From positions 94,417 through 158,416 of IMG/VR virus record IMGVR_UViG_3300034072_002212: a DNA stretch of 64,000 bases. The stretch is one strand, 5' to 3'. The notes beneath the pieces were generated by a model, which was not told the DNA's origin, did not search any database, and was given only the letters and a program-made list of their open reading frames with translations. Positions 9,292 through 17,601 of this stretch are shown here, piece after piece. The position numbers were made by a program, and so were the translations under genes. Position 1 is the first letter of the stretch, and the number at the start of each line of letters is the position of its first letter. The DNA is from a virus. Lineage: Duplodnaviria > Heunggongvirae > Uroviricota > Caudoviricetes.

Positions 9292-10821
9292 TTAGCGGAG
9301 TTGTCGGTGAATTTCTTCCTCAAAGAGATCGGTGATCACGCTGGTTACCAGACGAGTGCCGCTTGCTGCCGCGGCTTCCTTGACAGCTTCCATGTAATCT
9401 GGATCCAAGGGCAGTTCACCTATGAAGAGGAAATTGCTGATTTGAAGGATGTTGGGTTCAGCAATCAGATCATCAATCGTGACGATGAGGTTGCTCAGCG
9501 GGCGTAAACCTCTAAGTTGGAGCGGAGTCAGCATCGTTGGGAGATGTGGATAGAGATAGCGAGCCACAGTGAACTGACGATCCCTAGACTGACTCAAGTC
9601 CTCCATCTGTAGGCCGAACTGAAGCGAGAGAACTCGCTTGAGATCCTTGTGCTCAGTGAGGAACACACAACGGGAAAGCCTATTGGCCAAGTTGGTGTGA
9701 ATATGCTTGAGATGCTGACCCTTGAGGTTGGCCCACTGACTACCCATGAGACCCCCTATAAGGGCCTGTGAGGGTCCGTCGCCGCTCAGCGCATCCGCGA
9801 CAACGCTGGATAGCTTTGACCCTGTTTCAGCCTCAATGGCCCGCTCGCGTTCGATGAGCCGGTGAAGCCCGGACTCCTTGCGCTTGTTCTGATTGAGGAA
9901 CTTAACCGTGTTGTCCTTGAACACGATTGGCGCCTTGTGACCCTGAGCATCGTCGAGCAAATGAGTCGACACACCAAACATTGCGAGTAGCTTGATGTTG
10001 TCTAGACCAGTGTAGCCACGAGCGACGAGATAGTCCTCAGCATCTTTGGCCTGACTATACATCAGAACGCCCATGTTGGTCAGACCTCCCCAGAGAAGAT
10101 CAGTGACCTGCTCGCGGATAAAGGTCAGGGCTTTGCTGCCATTGGACTGGAGGCAGGTTGTGATATCCTTACCGTGATCGTTGGGCAAGCTGTTGATGTT
10201 CTGGATGAACACTGGCTTGGGAATTTCATGGAACATACCCTTGACGGCACCATCCCACTTATAATTGATCGCACCAGCGTGATCCAGCTCTTCCACAATC
10301 GTGGAGTTCACCGTCTTCTGCTTCAAGAAGTCATGCCAGATGAGCCCACCATAGCTGCTGATGAAGACGTCGGCCTCAAAGTCAGGCTTCTCGCTGAACT
10401 CTACACCCTCAGGGAATACCAGCTCTTTCTCATGATAACGTGGGTTGCCAAAGACGCTGATCTTGGCATCCGGATAGACATCACGCACCAGCTGCGCCCA
10501 CTGAGCATAGAACTTGGGCTGGGCCATGATGAGCAGCGGACCGCCCTCGATCCACGAGTTCGCAAGCGCAACTTCACGACCACGTTCTGGCTTGCTACAG
10601 AGAATCATGCCTCGTGAATTCCAGTCTCTGATATACTGGAGAGAGCTCAGCTGGACCTGATCCAGCTTGAACGGCAAACCCTCGAGTTCCTTGGGACCCA
10701 GCAGTCCACTCATGGCCAGTTCCACGAGCTCTTCGTTGAAGATCATGTGGTTCATCTGGCTGAACATCAGCAGGCGGCGTGCCAGCCCTGGGGTTGCCTT
10801 GAAGTGCTTGATGTCGTGCAT
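9292..10821 (-). CDS. Degenerate SNF2/SF2-like protein
   Basis: LDQVQ, LLIMAQPKFYAQW, DVFISSY, TIVEELDH resemble SNF2 motifs Q, Ia, Ib and II, but Walker A is missing; TAATG-coupled start at 10821. Confidence 0.45.
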   Translation of the reverse strand: MHDIKHFKATPGLARRLLMFSQMNHMIFNEELVELAMSGLLGPKELEGLPFKLDQVQLSSLQYIRDWNSRGMILCSKPERGREVALANSWIEGGPLLIMAQPKFYAQWAQLVRDVYPDAKISVFGNPRYHEKELVFPEGVEFSEKPDFEADVFISSYGGLIWHDFLKQKTVNSTIVEELDHAGAINYKWDGAVKGMFHEIPKPVFIQNINSLPNDHGKDITTCLQSNGSKALTFIREQVTDLLWGGLTNMGVLMYSQAKDAEDYLVARGYTGLDNIKLLAMFGVSTHLLDDAQGHKAPIVFKDNTVKFLNQNKRKESGLHRLIERERAIEAETGSKLSSVVADALSGDGPSQALIGGLMGSQWANLKGQHLKHIHTNLANRLSRCVFLTEHKDLKRVLSLQFGLQMEDLSQSRDRQFTVARYLYPHLPTMLTPLQLRGLRPLSNLIVTIDDLIAEPNILQISNFLFIGELPLDPDYMEAVKEAAAASGTRLVTSVITDLFEEEIHRQLR

Positions 10822-11489
10822 TAGGGTTCCAGAGACTGAAGGGTGTTGAGCCACGCATTGAGCAGGTCATCGTTGCGAACTGTGATGGCAATCGTCTCAC
10901 CATCAGTCACTATTTCGCTACGGAGGCCCTTGCTGTTCTCAATGTCTAGGAAGAACTGCGCCACGTCATCATCGAAAGCGAACTTGTGGCGCTTGATGAC
11001 GTCCATGACCTGTTCATAGTTGGCACCGGTGACGTCCACGATCCACAGCTTGTGGTCACGGAGGAAGATCGGATACTGAACCGCCGCAAAGGAGTTCTTG
11101 CCCTTGAGGCGCTTGATGTCCTCGACCACGCCTTGGTTATATTTGCACCTGAAGACCAGCTTGTTATCACCGGCCCAACGAACTTCCCTGGGGAGGTCAA
11201 CCGACTGGTAGGGCTGCTTCTCATACTGTGGCATGATGAGCAGCTGGTCGATGGCGCTGCCCTGTAGGCCATCCGCGACAAGCAGGTCCTTGTAGCGGTC
11301 GATCAGCTTGAGAACAATGACGCTCTGAGCCGTTGAGATCGCGCTGCCGTTGAACACATGAACGGCCACGTCCATGAGGAAGCGACGGTCCCAGGTGTTC
11401 GTAATAGCTAGATCATCACCTGCTGGGGCGTTCGTGGGCACATTACAGATGGCCTCAAGCCGTCTGAGGCACGCCTCCACCGTTAACAT
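10821..11489 (-). CDS. Hypothetical protein
   Basis: 222 aa ORF translationally coupled to next gene. Confidence 0.7.
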   Translation of the reverse strand: MLTVEACLRRLEAICNVPTNAPAGDDLAITNTWDRRFLMDVAVHVFNGSAISTAQSVIVLKLIDRYKDLLVADGLQGSAIDQLLIMPQYEKQPYQSVDLPREVRWAGDNKLVFRCKYNQGVVEDIKRLKGKNSFAAVQYPIFLRDHKLWIVDVTGANYEQVMDVIKRHKFAFDDDVAQFFLDIENSKGLRSEIVTDGETIAITVRNDDLLNAWLNTLQSLEP

Positions 11490-11922
11490 CTTTCACACTC
11501 CTCAAGTCAGCGATCGTCATGCGAACTAGCATGGCGTCATCCCGAGAAGCAAAATTGATGTAGAGGTATTTGACCTGATCCACTGGTACCTGGCCTATTT
11601 CACCATCCTCACCCACCCGCAAGACCGCTTGTGGCTGACTGGACGTGGTCAAGGGCTTGCCGTAAACGGTCTCCTCGCAGGTATGCCACGTCCATACGTC
11701 CTTGCTGATGCGACCCACATCATTGAGTGTCGCACGACAGCGATCAGCAAGCTCACCCTGTAGAGACGCGCTGAAGCCCATCACTGACCCAAGGACAAGT
11801 CGATAGGTCAGCGTGTCGGGTCCATGGATCTTATCCATGTGAGCCCAACGCTCCGGATATGGCATTCGGAGCCGGTCGTCGTCGAGGATGTCTCCCATCA
11901 TGGCCATGAGGTCGTCCATCAC
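11455..11922 (-). CDS. Hypothetical protein
   Basis: 155 aa; ends YINFASRDDAMLVRMT. Confidence 0.6.
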   Translation of the reverse strand: MMDDLMAMMGDILDDDRLRMPYPERWAHMDKIHGPDTLTYRLVLGSVMGFSASLQGELADRCRATLNDVGRISKDVWTWHTCEETVYGKPLTTSSQPQAVLRVGEDGEIGQVPVDQVKYLYINFASRDDAMLVRMTIADLRSVKDVNGGGVPQTA

Positions 11923-13076
11923 CGCTGCCGCAGCAGGGTGACTTCAGCGACCCGCTCCCAGTTGGGGTTACCAGCGCGCAAGCTCGCAAGCTGGCCGACC
12001 TTGCGGAGGGACAGTTCGCGGAACCGCTTGGCATGCTTGTGCGTCCAGCCCAGCACTTCATCGACCTGTGCCGGTTCCAGCTTGAACTGCGTCTCCAGCA
12101 TCCGCAGGTCACGCGCAACATGGTCGATGCGGACCAGCTTCTCGCGCACGGTGTCGATGGTCAGGTCGAGGTAGAGGCACCGCGACATGATTGCCTCGAG
12201 ATGCGGAGCAAGTCGGGCGGTGCCCTTCTCCACGATGCGCTCGAAGTTGATATTGGTGATGAAGATCACGCTGCCCTTGAACTCGAACTGATCCGGAGCA
12301 TCAGTGGAGTTACGGCTGGCGGACTTCCAGGAGATCATGCGCTTACCTGAGGTGTCGAGCGCAGCTTTGAGCAGGTTGAGCGACGTCTCGTCTCCGAGAA
12401 CCGCGTCACAGTCGTCGAAGACCAGCGTCTCACGACTCTCGCTGTATTCGAACAGGGTCATGTAAAGCGCCGGAGCGGTGCTGTAGCCCTTGATGATATT
12501 GTAGCGGGGCTTGAAGCCACCCTGTCGGGAGACACGCCGCTGGTTCTGATCCTGGGCATCAGCGTTGAAGCTGAGCTTGTCCATCAGCGAATCGCGATTC
12601 AGCGCAGCTTCGACCTCATGCGACTTGCCCACCCCTGAGGCGCCGCTGACGACCAGGCCCTTTATATGGCCGCGCGCAATGTCGCTGGTCAGTCCCTGGA
12701 GGATGGTGAAGCGTTCGATGATGCGCTCACGAATCTGATCATCAGTCTCGTGAACGCGATCAGCCGGAGCCGGGGCGATCTGATCCAGGACGTCGCCTGC
12801 CCCGACGAACTTCTGGATTTGCGGGTCGGGGGAACCCACAAACTCGCGACGCGCACGGGGCGCGAAAATGTCTGCGTGGGGGTCGTCGAGCACCATGTCG
12901 GCCGGGTCAGCAATACCCACGCGGAAATTTCGCTGCGGATAGCCGTCTACCCCTGTTCCGTTCACCGTGATGAACGGACCCTTCTGGCCGATGGACAGCC
13001 CACGAAAGAGGTGGAAAGTCTTGTTCACGATGACCTGATTGTTCCAGTCACCGCGCTTGACTGTCACCTTAACCAT
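11919..13076 (-). CDS. P-loop/AAA-type ATPase
   Basis: Walker A GASGVGKS, Walker B TLVFDDCD, IFITN sensor, SRC motif. Confidence 0.85.
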   Translation of the reverse strand: MVKVTVKRGDWNNQVIVNKTFHLFRGLSIGQKGPFITVNGTGVDGYPQRNFRVGIADPADMVLDDPHADIFAPRARREFVGSPDPQIQKFVGAGDVLDQIAPAPADRVHETDDQIRERIIERFTILQGLTSDIARGHIKGLVVSGASGVGKSHEVEAALNRDSLMDKLSFNADAQDQNQRRVSRQGGFKPRYNIIKGYSTAPALYMTLFEYSESRETLVFDDCDAVLGDETSLNLLKAALDTSGKRMISWKSASRNSTDAPDQFEFKGSVIFITNINFERIVEKGTARLAPHLEAIMSRCLYLDLTIDTVREKLVRIDHVARDLRMLETQFKLEPAQVDEVLGWTHKHAKRFRELSLRKVGQLASLRAGNPNWERVAEVTLLRQR

Positions 13077-13122
13077 ACTGCCTCCCGATCGTTAACGAAC
13101 ACTGAACTCTGTAGATGTTCGC

Positions 13123-13150
13123 AGCATACGGCGAGTTATGACAGTGTCAA
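13123..13150 (-). promoter_or_regulatory. Sigma70-like early promoter
   Basis: TTGACA-N16-TATGCT upstream of the ATPase gene. Confidence 0.6.
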
Positions 13151-13241
13151 TGTCAATGTGGAGTTGACAAGGAGAAAGCCAGCATTTCTGCCGGCTTTCA
13201 CCACGATTCTGTGAACCAAGTTGTGGATAGACTGTGGACAA

Positions 13242-13724
13242 TTACGACTTGTGGTCGTCCACCTCATAGTCCTCGAAGCCGGCAGCCTTGAGCTTGGTCA
13301 GATTGCTGATCTGCCAGTTCTTAGCATCCAGGCCCTTCATGATCGCCAGGTACTGGTTACGCACCAGCGCGACCTGATTGATCAATAGCGCGATTTCGAT
13401 GACCTTGTCATCCGCGTCGGCATACTTTTCTGCGTCCCTGGAACTCAGGCTACGGGCGTAACCCTCCAGATACTTCTTGAACGCCGCACCCTTGACCTGA
13501 TCAAAACGGATGTTCAGATACTTCAGGATAGCTTCCACTTCCTGAAGCTGACCAAAACGCTGAGTCGTGATACCTGGGAGACGGCTCGATGCTTTTTCCA
13601 AGCTTCCCTTGAGGTGTGTTTCAAAACGCGCAACTTCCAACTCACTCTCGAAGTAAACAATGGCGTCTACCAAGGGAGAGAAATCGTTGGGGTCAGCGGT
13701 GACCTTGCGATACCAGTAACTCAT
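13242..13724 (-). CDS. uvsY: Recombination mediator UvsY
   Basis: KKYLEGYARSLSSRDAEKYADADD and LDAKNWQISNLTKL match UvsY; adjacent to uvsX. Confidence 0.8.
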   Translation of the reverse strand: MSYWYRKVTADPNDFSPLVDAIVYFESELEVARFETHLKGSLEKASSRLPGITTQRFGQLQEVEAILKYLNIRFDQVKGAAFKKYLEGYARSLSSRDAEKYADADDKVIEIALLINQVALVRNQYLAIMKGLDAKNWQISNLTKLKAAGFEDYEVDDHKS

Positions 13725-13784
13725 CTGTTTTCCTCTAAAATGGTTACACCCAGTCTAACAAACCAGGTGTAACCATTTCAATAA

Positions 13785-14018
13785 TCAGTCTTCGTCTTCG
13801 TCATAGTAGCCATCATCCTCATCCTCGTCTTCGAGGAGGGCTTCAATGGCTTCGTCGAGGTATTCACACTCGCCTTCAATTTCCGACTGTTCGACCTCGA
13901 TGCCGTATTCCTGGAAGAGCCTCAGGAGATGGAGCGCAGCGTCCTGACGCTTACTCGCTCCAATCATATCCCTGAAGTAGTCCCAAAGTTCTACGACCAA
14001 CTTGCTTTCACTGTTCAT
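13785..14018 (-). CDS. Small acidic hypothetical protein
   Basis: MNSESKLVVELWD..., acidic tail; lies between uvsX and uvsY. Confidence 0.65.
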   Translation of the reverse strand: MNSESKLVVELWDYFRDMIGASKRQDAALHLLRLFQEYGIEVEQSEIEGECEYLDEAIEALLEDEDEDDGYYDEDED

Positions 14019-14019
14019 T

Positions 14020-15123
14020 TCACTCGTTCTCTGCGGCGTCCTCGGCGGCAAGTCGTGCAAGCTCTTCCGCCCTAGCAGCCGCTTCCGCTGCCTCGCGACG
14101 CTCAATGTGAGTTGGGAACTCGAGCATCACCAGGTCCAGCAGTTCGTGACCAATTTGCTTGCGGAAATACTTATGCTCGGTGCCGTCCAGCGCCGTGTAC
14201 TTCAGCTTGTTGCCGTCCTTGACAAACAAGCCCTTAGCTTCAAACATATCCAGGAGACCCGAATAGGGGTCCAGACCGCTGTCCCAAGGAATACGGAGCT
14301 CAACAGTCTCAAACGGCTTGTTGTAGCGGGTCTTCATGATCTTGATCTGAGACCTGATACCGTTGACCGTAGTGGTCTTGTTGCCGTCTGCGTCTTCCTT
14401 CAGCTTGAGCTTACGCATTGCCAGCACGATGGACGAAGCGTAGATGAAGCCCTGACCACCAGTGATCTTGTCGTCTGGGTCGAACATATCCTGGCTAGCG
14501 TAGCTGTGGTTGGTCGCAACCAGACCCACGTCCCACTCACCGAACATATTGACGCAGTTACGCACCAGTGCGTTTAGCGCCTTTGGCTTACGACCCATGT
14601 CGCCCTTCATTTCACCAGCTTCGAACTGGTTAACGTCAGTTGGGGTCAGAAGCATACCAAGCGAGTCAACGACGAAGAGGACCTTGGGACGGTCTTCGCG
14701 CGGAGTGCTGGCGTAGGTGCTCTTGAAGTTCTTCATGAAATCGCTGATGATCTTGGCGACGTCATCAATCATCGCAGCGTTGATCTTCAGTAGCTTGTCT
14801 TCGCTGACGTCCACATCAAGCGCGGTCAGCCAGTCCGAGTCAAGTGCGTTCTCAGAGTCGATGAGAACCACAAAGTAGCCAGCATCCTGAGCGTTCTTGA
14901 CGAGGTTGCCGGAAGCGAGATAGGACTTGCCAGAGCCCGACTGGCCGGCAAACATAGTCACCTTGCCTAGTGGAATACCCTTGGTGAAGTCGCCGCTAAC
15001 GGCATAGTTGAGGGCAAAGTTGCCCGTCGAGACCCAATACTTTGGGTCGTTGAAGCCGACGGAAATACCGTCGAGGCCTTTGGTGATATCTTTCCTGAAT
15101 TTGCTGAGATCAACAGGCTTCAT
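14020..15123 (-). CDS. uvsX: RecA-like recombinase UvsX
   Basis: AGQSGSGKS Walker A, IDSENA, VVDSLG, TNH, TGGQG motifs; start MKPVDLSKF. Confidence 0.92.
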   Translation of the reverse strand: MKPVDLSKFRKDITKGLDGISVGFNDPKYWVSTGNFALNYAVSGDFTKGIPLGKVTMFAGQSGSGKSYLASGNLVKNAQDAGYFVVLIDSENALDSDWLTALDVDVSEDKLLKINAAMIDDVAKIISDFMKNFKSTYASTPREDRPKVLFVVDSLGMLLTPTDVNQFEAGEMKGDMGRKPKALNALVRNCVNMFGEWDVGLVATNHSYASQDMFDPDDKITGGQGFIYASSIVLAMRKLKLKEDADGNKTTTVNGIRSQIKIMKTRYNKPFETVELRIPWDSGLDPYSGLLDMFEAKGLFVKDGNKLKYTALDGTEHKYFRKQIGHELLDLVMLEFPTHIERREAAEAAARAEELARLAAEDAAENE

Positions 15124-15254
15124 GGTTATGTTCTCTTTCTTGTCTGGAGCCAAAGTGTCATTGCCCTCTATTTCACGGGCATCCTCCGAACCACGCGGCA
15201 TGACACGCCCGCATAAATGTGGTCACCAGGACGATCTATTTTGTAGAGAAAGGG

Positions 15255-15278
15255 TGTGGGGAGGGAGGTCCCTCCCCA
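15255..15278 (-). terminator. Hairpin after gp32
   Basis: GTGGGGAGGGA-GGT-CCCTCCCCAC inverted repeat just past the stop. Confidence 0.45.
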
Positions 15279-15288
15279 CATTAGCAGA

Positions 15289-16311
15289 TTACTGATTCAG
15301 ACCAGCCTGCTTTGCCTTGATCCTTGCCAGGATGTCAGCTGCGTCAGGAACGCCAGCTGGACGGGCAGGAGCAGCTTCTTCAGCAGCTGGGGCCGGAGCC
15401 GCAGCCTGTGCGCGCTGGAGAGCAGCAAACGGATCAGCAGCAGGAGCCGCCGGAGCAGCAGGTGCCGCTGGAGCAGCAGGTGCCGAGTAACCACCAGCGT
15501 TACCGCCGTTGTTACCGCCGCCGAACGAGCCCTTTGGCTTGTAGAACTGCGACCAACGAGCTGGATCGTAAGCCTCGTCGTTCACCGACGCCTGGAACAT
15601 TTCCTTGATAGCTTCCAGTGCTTCAGCCGAAGGCTTAGCTGGCAGGTAGTCCTTGAGGTTCTTGAGACCATGGGTCTCAACAGCCTGTGCCTCAACATCG
15701 CTCAGAGCGCGTGGCTTCATCGACCACTTGCTGGTGCTGTAGTTGGCGAAGCCGCCCTTTGTGGTCTTGATCAGACGGAAGTCACGACCAGCGACGTAAT
15801 CGGTGGGCAGATCCTCCATCTCAGGATCCATCAGCGAGCCCTTGATGATCTCAAAGATGCTGGTGTTGATCATGAAGCGACGGATTGGGTTCTCAGGAGT
15901 TTCCTTCTCCTCAAAGCCCGACTGGACAACAAAGCCCTGGAACAGGTAGGACTTCTTCTTCCAGTACTTGCGTGCCAGAGCCTGCAGGCTGTCGTCCTTC
16001 CACCATGGGCGGGTCTCAGCCAGAATTGGGCAGGTCTCACCATACATTTCCATGCAGGGGACTTCGACCAGGACCTCGCGGTCATGCTCGCCCTTCACAC
16101 CCTGGAAAGGAAGCTTGATGACCAGGCGCTCGGCCCAGAAAAACGTGTTGTTGGGATCGCCGTCCGGGAGGAAGCGGAGCATCGAGCTGCCGCCTTCAGG
16201 AACATTCCAGAACGGATACATGGAGTTGTCGCCGCCAGTGCGGTTGTTACCGCCTTCAGCACGGGTCTGCTGGGAGAGAAGCTTTGCTCTGATTTCTTCG
16301 AGAGTTGCCAT
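15289..16311 (-). CDS. gp32: Single-stranded DNA-binding protein (gp32)
   Basis: MLRFLPD, VPCMEMYGETCPI, YWKKKSY, GRDFRLIKT, NYSTSKW motifs; low-complexity tail. Confidence 0.9.
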   Translation of the reverse strand: MATLEEIRAKLLSQQTRAEGGNNRTGGDNSMYPFWNVPEGGSSMLRFLPDGDPNNTFFWAERLVIKLPFQGVKGEHDREVLVEVPCMEMYGETCPILAETRPWWKDDSLQALARKYWKKKSYLFQGFVVQSGFEEKETPENPIRRFMINTSIFEIIKGSLMDPEMEDLPTDYVAGRDFRLIKTTKGGFANYSTSKWSMKPRALSDVEAQAVETHGLKNLKDYLPAKPSAEALEAIKEMFQASVNDEAYDPARWSQFYKPKGSFGGGNNGGNAGGYSAPAAPAAPAAPAAPAADPFAALQRAQAAAPAPAAEEAAPARPAGVPDAADILARIKAKQAGLNQ

Positions 16312-16527
16312 TTGGGTGGTCCCTTCTTATCTATTATTGGGCTATCTTTGAGCCATTTGGTTGTGCTAAAAACGCAATGACCTTCCCGGCCCCTTGCGTT
16401 ACTCTTATTTAGCATTCTGAACACCAGAATCGCAAATAAGAATTCACCAGTTTCAACTTTCTGGTGAAGAAAAGAAGAACGTTCCGTCCTCCCTGTAGAC
16501 GCGCTTTCTGCCTTTTGTTGGAGAGAC

Positions 16528-17025
16528 TTATCCCATCCTACGCTCCGACAGAGCCGCTTTCTGTTCCTCCGACCATTGGTAGCCAGTAGCCCGTCCGGGC
16601 TTGCCCTTTAGCGCAGCAGACATCTTAGCCTTTGTGGCTTCTGATTTCGGTTGCGAAGGTAGGGTGCGGTTCTTAGGTTTCCGCATTTTGGATTTGGTTT
16701 CTTCTGTGTGCTTATACCCAGAAGAGCCATCACCTCCTATGGTTAGATTGGTGAGACAACCTGTGCCATCGACCTTTCTACCATACTGAGAGATATACGC
16801 TACCTCTCTTTCCAGGGCAATTTGTTCCTGGAGATTATCCTCCAGGATCTTTACACCTGGTTCCAACCCTTCTGCCCGAATAGCTTTGATGGTAGCCATC
16901 TTTGAGCTGTTCTCATATCGAGCAGAAGGGCGGAGGTGAGATTGTGCTCTATTGCCTACACCCTTACCAATGTAGAAGGGCTCATGGCCCTTGCGTGGAT
17001 CAGTAAGAGCGTAGACATAGAACAT
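16528..17025 (-). CDS. GIY-YIG (LEM-3-like)/NUMOD3 free-standing homing endonuclease
   Basis: FYVYALTDP...PFYIGKG.G.R; LTNLTIGGDG; YKHTEETKSKMR NUMOD3. Confidence 0.85.
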   Translation of the reverse strand: MFYVYALTDPRKGHEPFYIGKGVGNRAQSHLRPSARYENSSKMATIKAIRAEGLEPGVKILEDNLQEQIALEREVAYISQYGRKVDGTGCLTNLTIGGDGSSGYKHTEETKSKMRKPKNRTLPSQPKSEATKAKMSAALKGKPGRATGYQWSEEQKAALSERRMG

Positions 17026-17468
17026 TAAGGCTCAATCCATTCGCCAGTGGAAACCCTGATCTCATCACGCAACTTCAAACCCAGGGCTTCAAGAAGTTCC
17101 CTGACTGTCTTCGTGTAATAATAGGAAGAAGAGGTGAGATTAGCAACACCTTCATTGTTAACCAGATTTCCACTCAGGACAAGATCTTCAGCGACCATGA
17201 CAAGCGGCTGGTGACGAGTAGCTGCCATATAATTGACAACTGTCCGACCCAGGTAAAAAGCCAGCCCAGATTCAAAAGCCTTCTTTTGTGCTGCGGTGTG
17301 ATCCAATCGGTATGTGTCGTTCTTGATCTCAAGATGATCGCGATTAGCAATCAGGATATCCAGAACGTCATTCACAGGCTTTCCAGAAGCACTAGCTAGT
17401 AGTTCGACGGTAGCTGTCTGACCCAACTGGTCCAGACGTTCTAATGTATTAAAAACTTCATTTGCCAT
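17025..17468 (-). CDS. Hypothetical protein (possible winged-helix N-terminus)
   Basis: Start MANEVF; coupled to the endonuclease gene. Confidence 0.5.
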   Translation of the reverse strand: MANEVFNTLERLDQLGQTATVELLASASGKPVNDVLDILIANRDHLEIKNDTYRLDHTAAQKKAFESGLAFYLGRTVVNYMAATRHQPLVMVAEDLVLSGNLVNNEGVANLTSSSYYYTKTVRELLEALGLKLRDEIRVSTGEWIEP

Positions 17469-17551
17469 AAGGCACCTCATTTTGGTTAAGTGAAGCAAGC
17501 AAGCTTGCTCACCAAGTCTAACGTACCCTGTTTCTAGAACTCAAGAAAGAA

Positions 17552-17577
17552 GAGGCGAGGATTGCTCCTCGCCTCTT
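17552..17577 (-). terminator. Rho-independent terminator
   Basis: AGAGGCGAGG-ATTGCT-CCTCGCCTCT hairpin followed by a U-rich run on the minus strand. Confidence 0.7.
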
Positions 17578-17601
17578 GCTTCACTTAACCATCAATACTT
17601 A

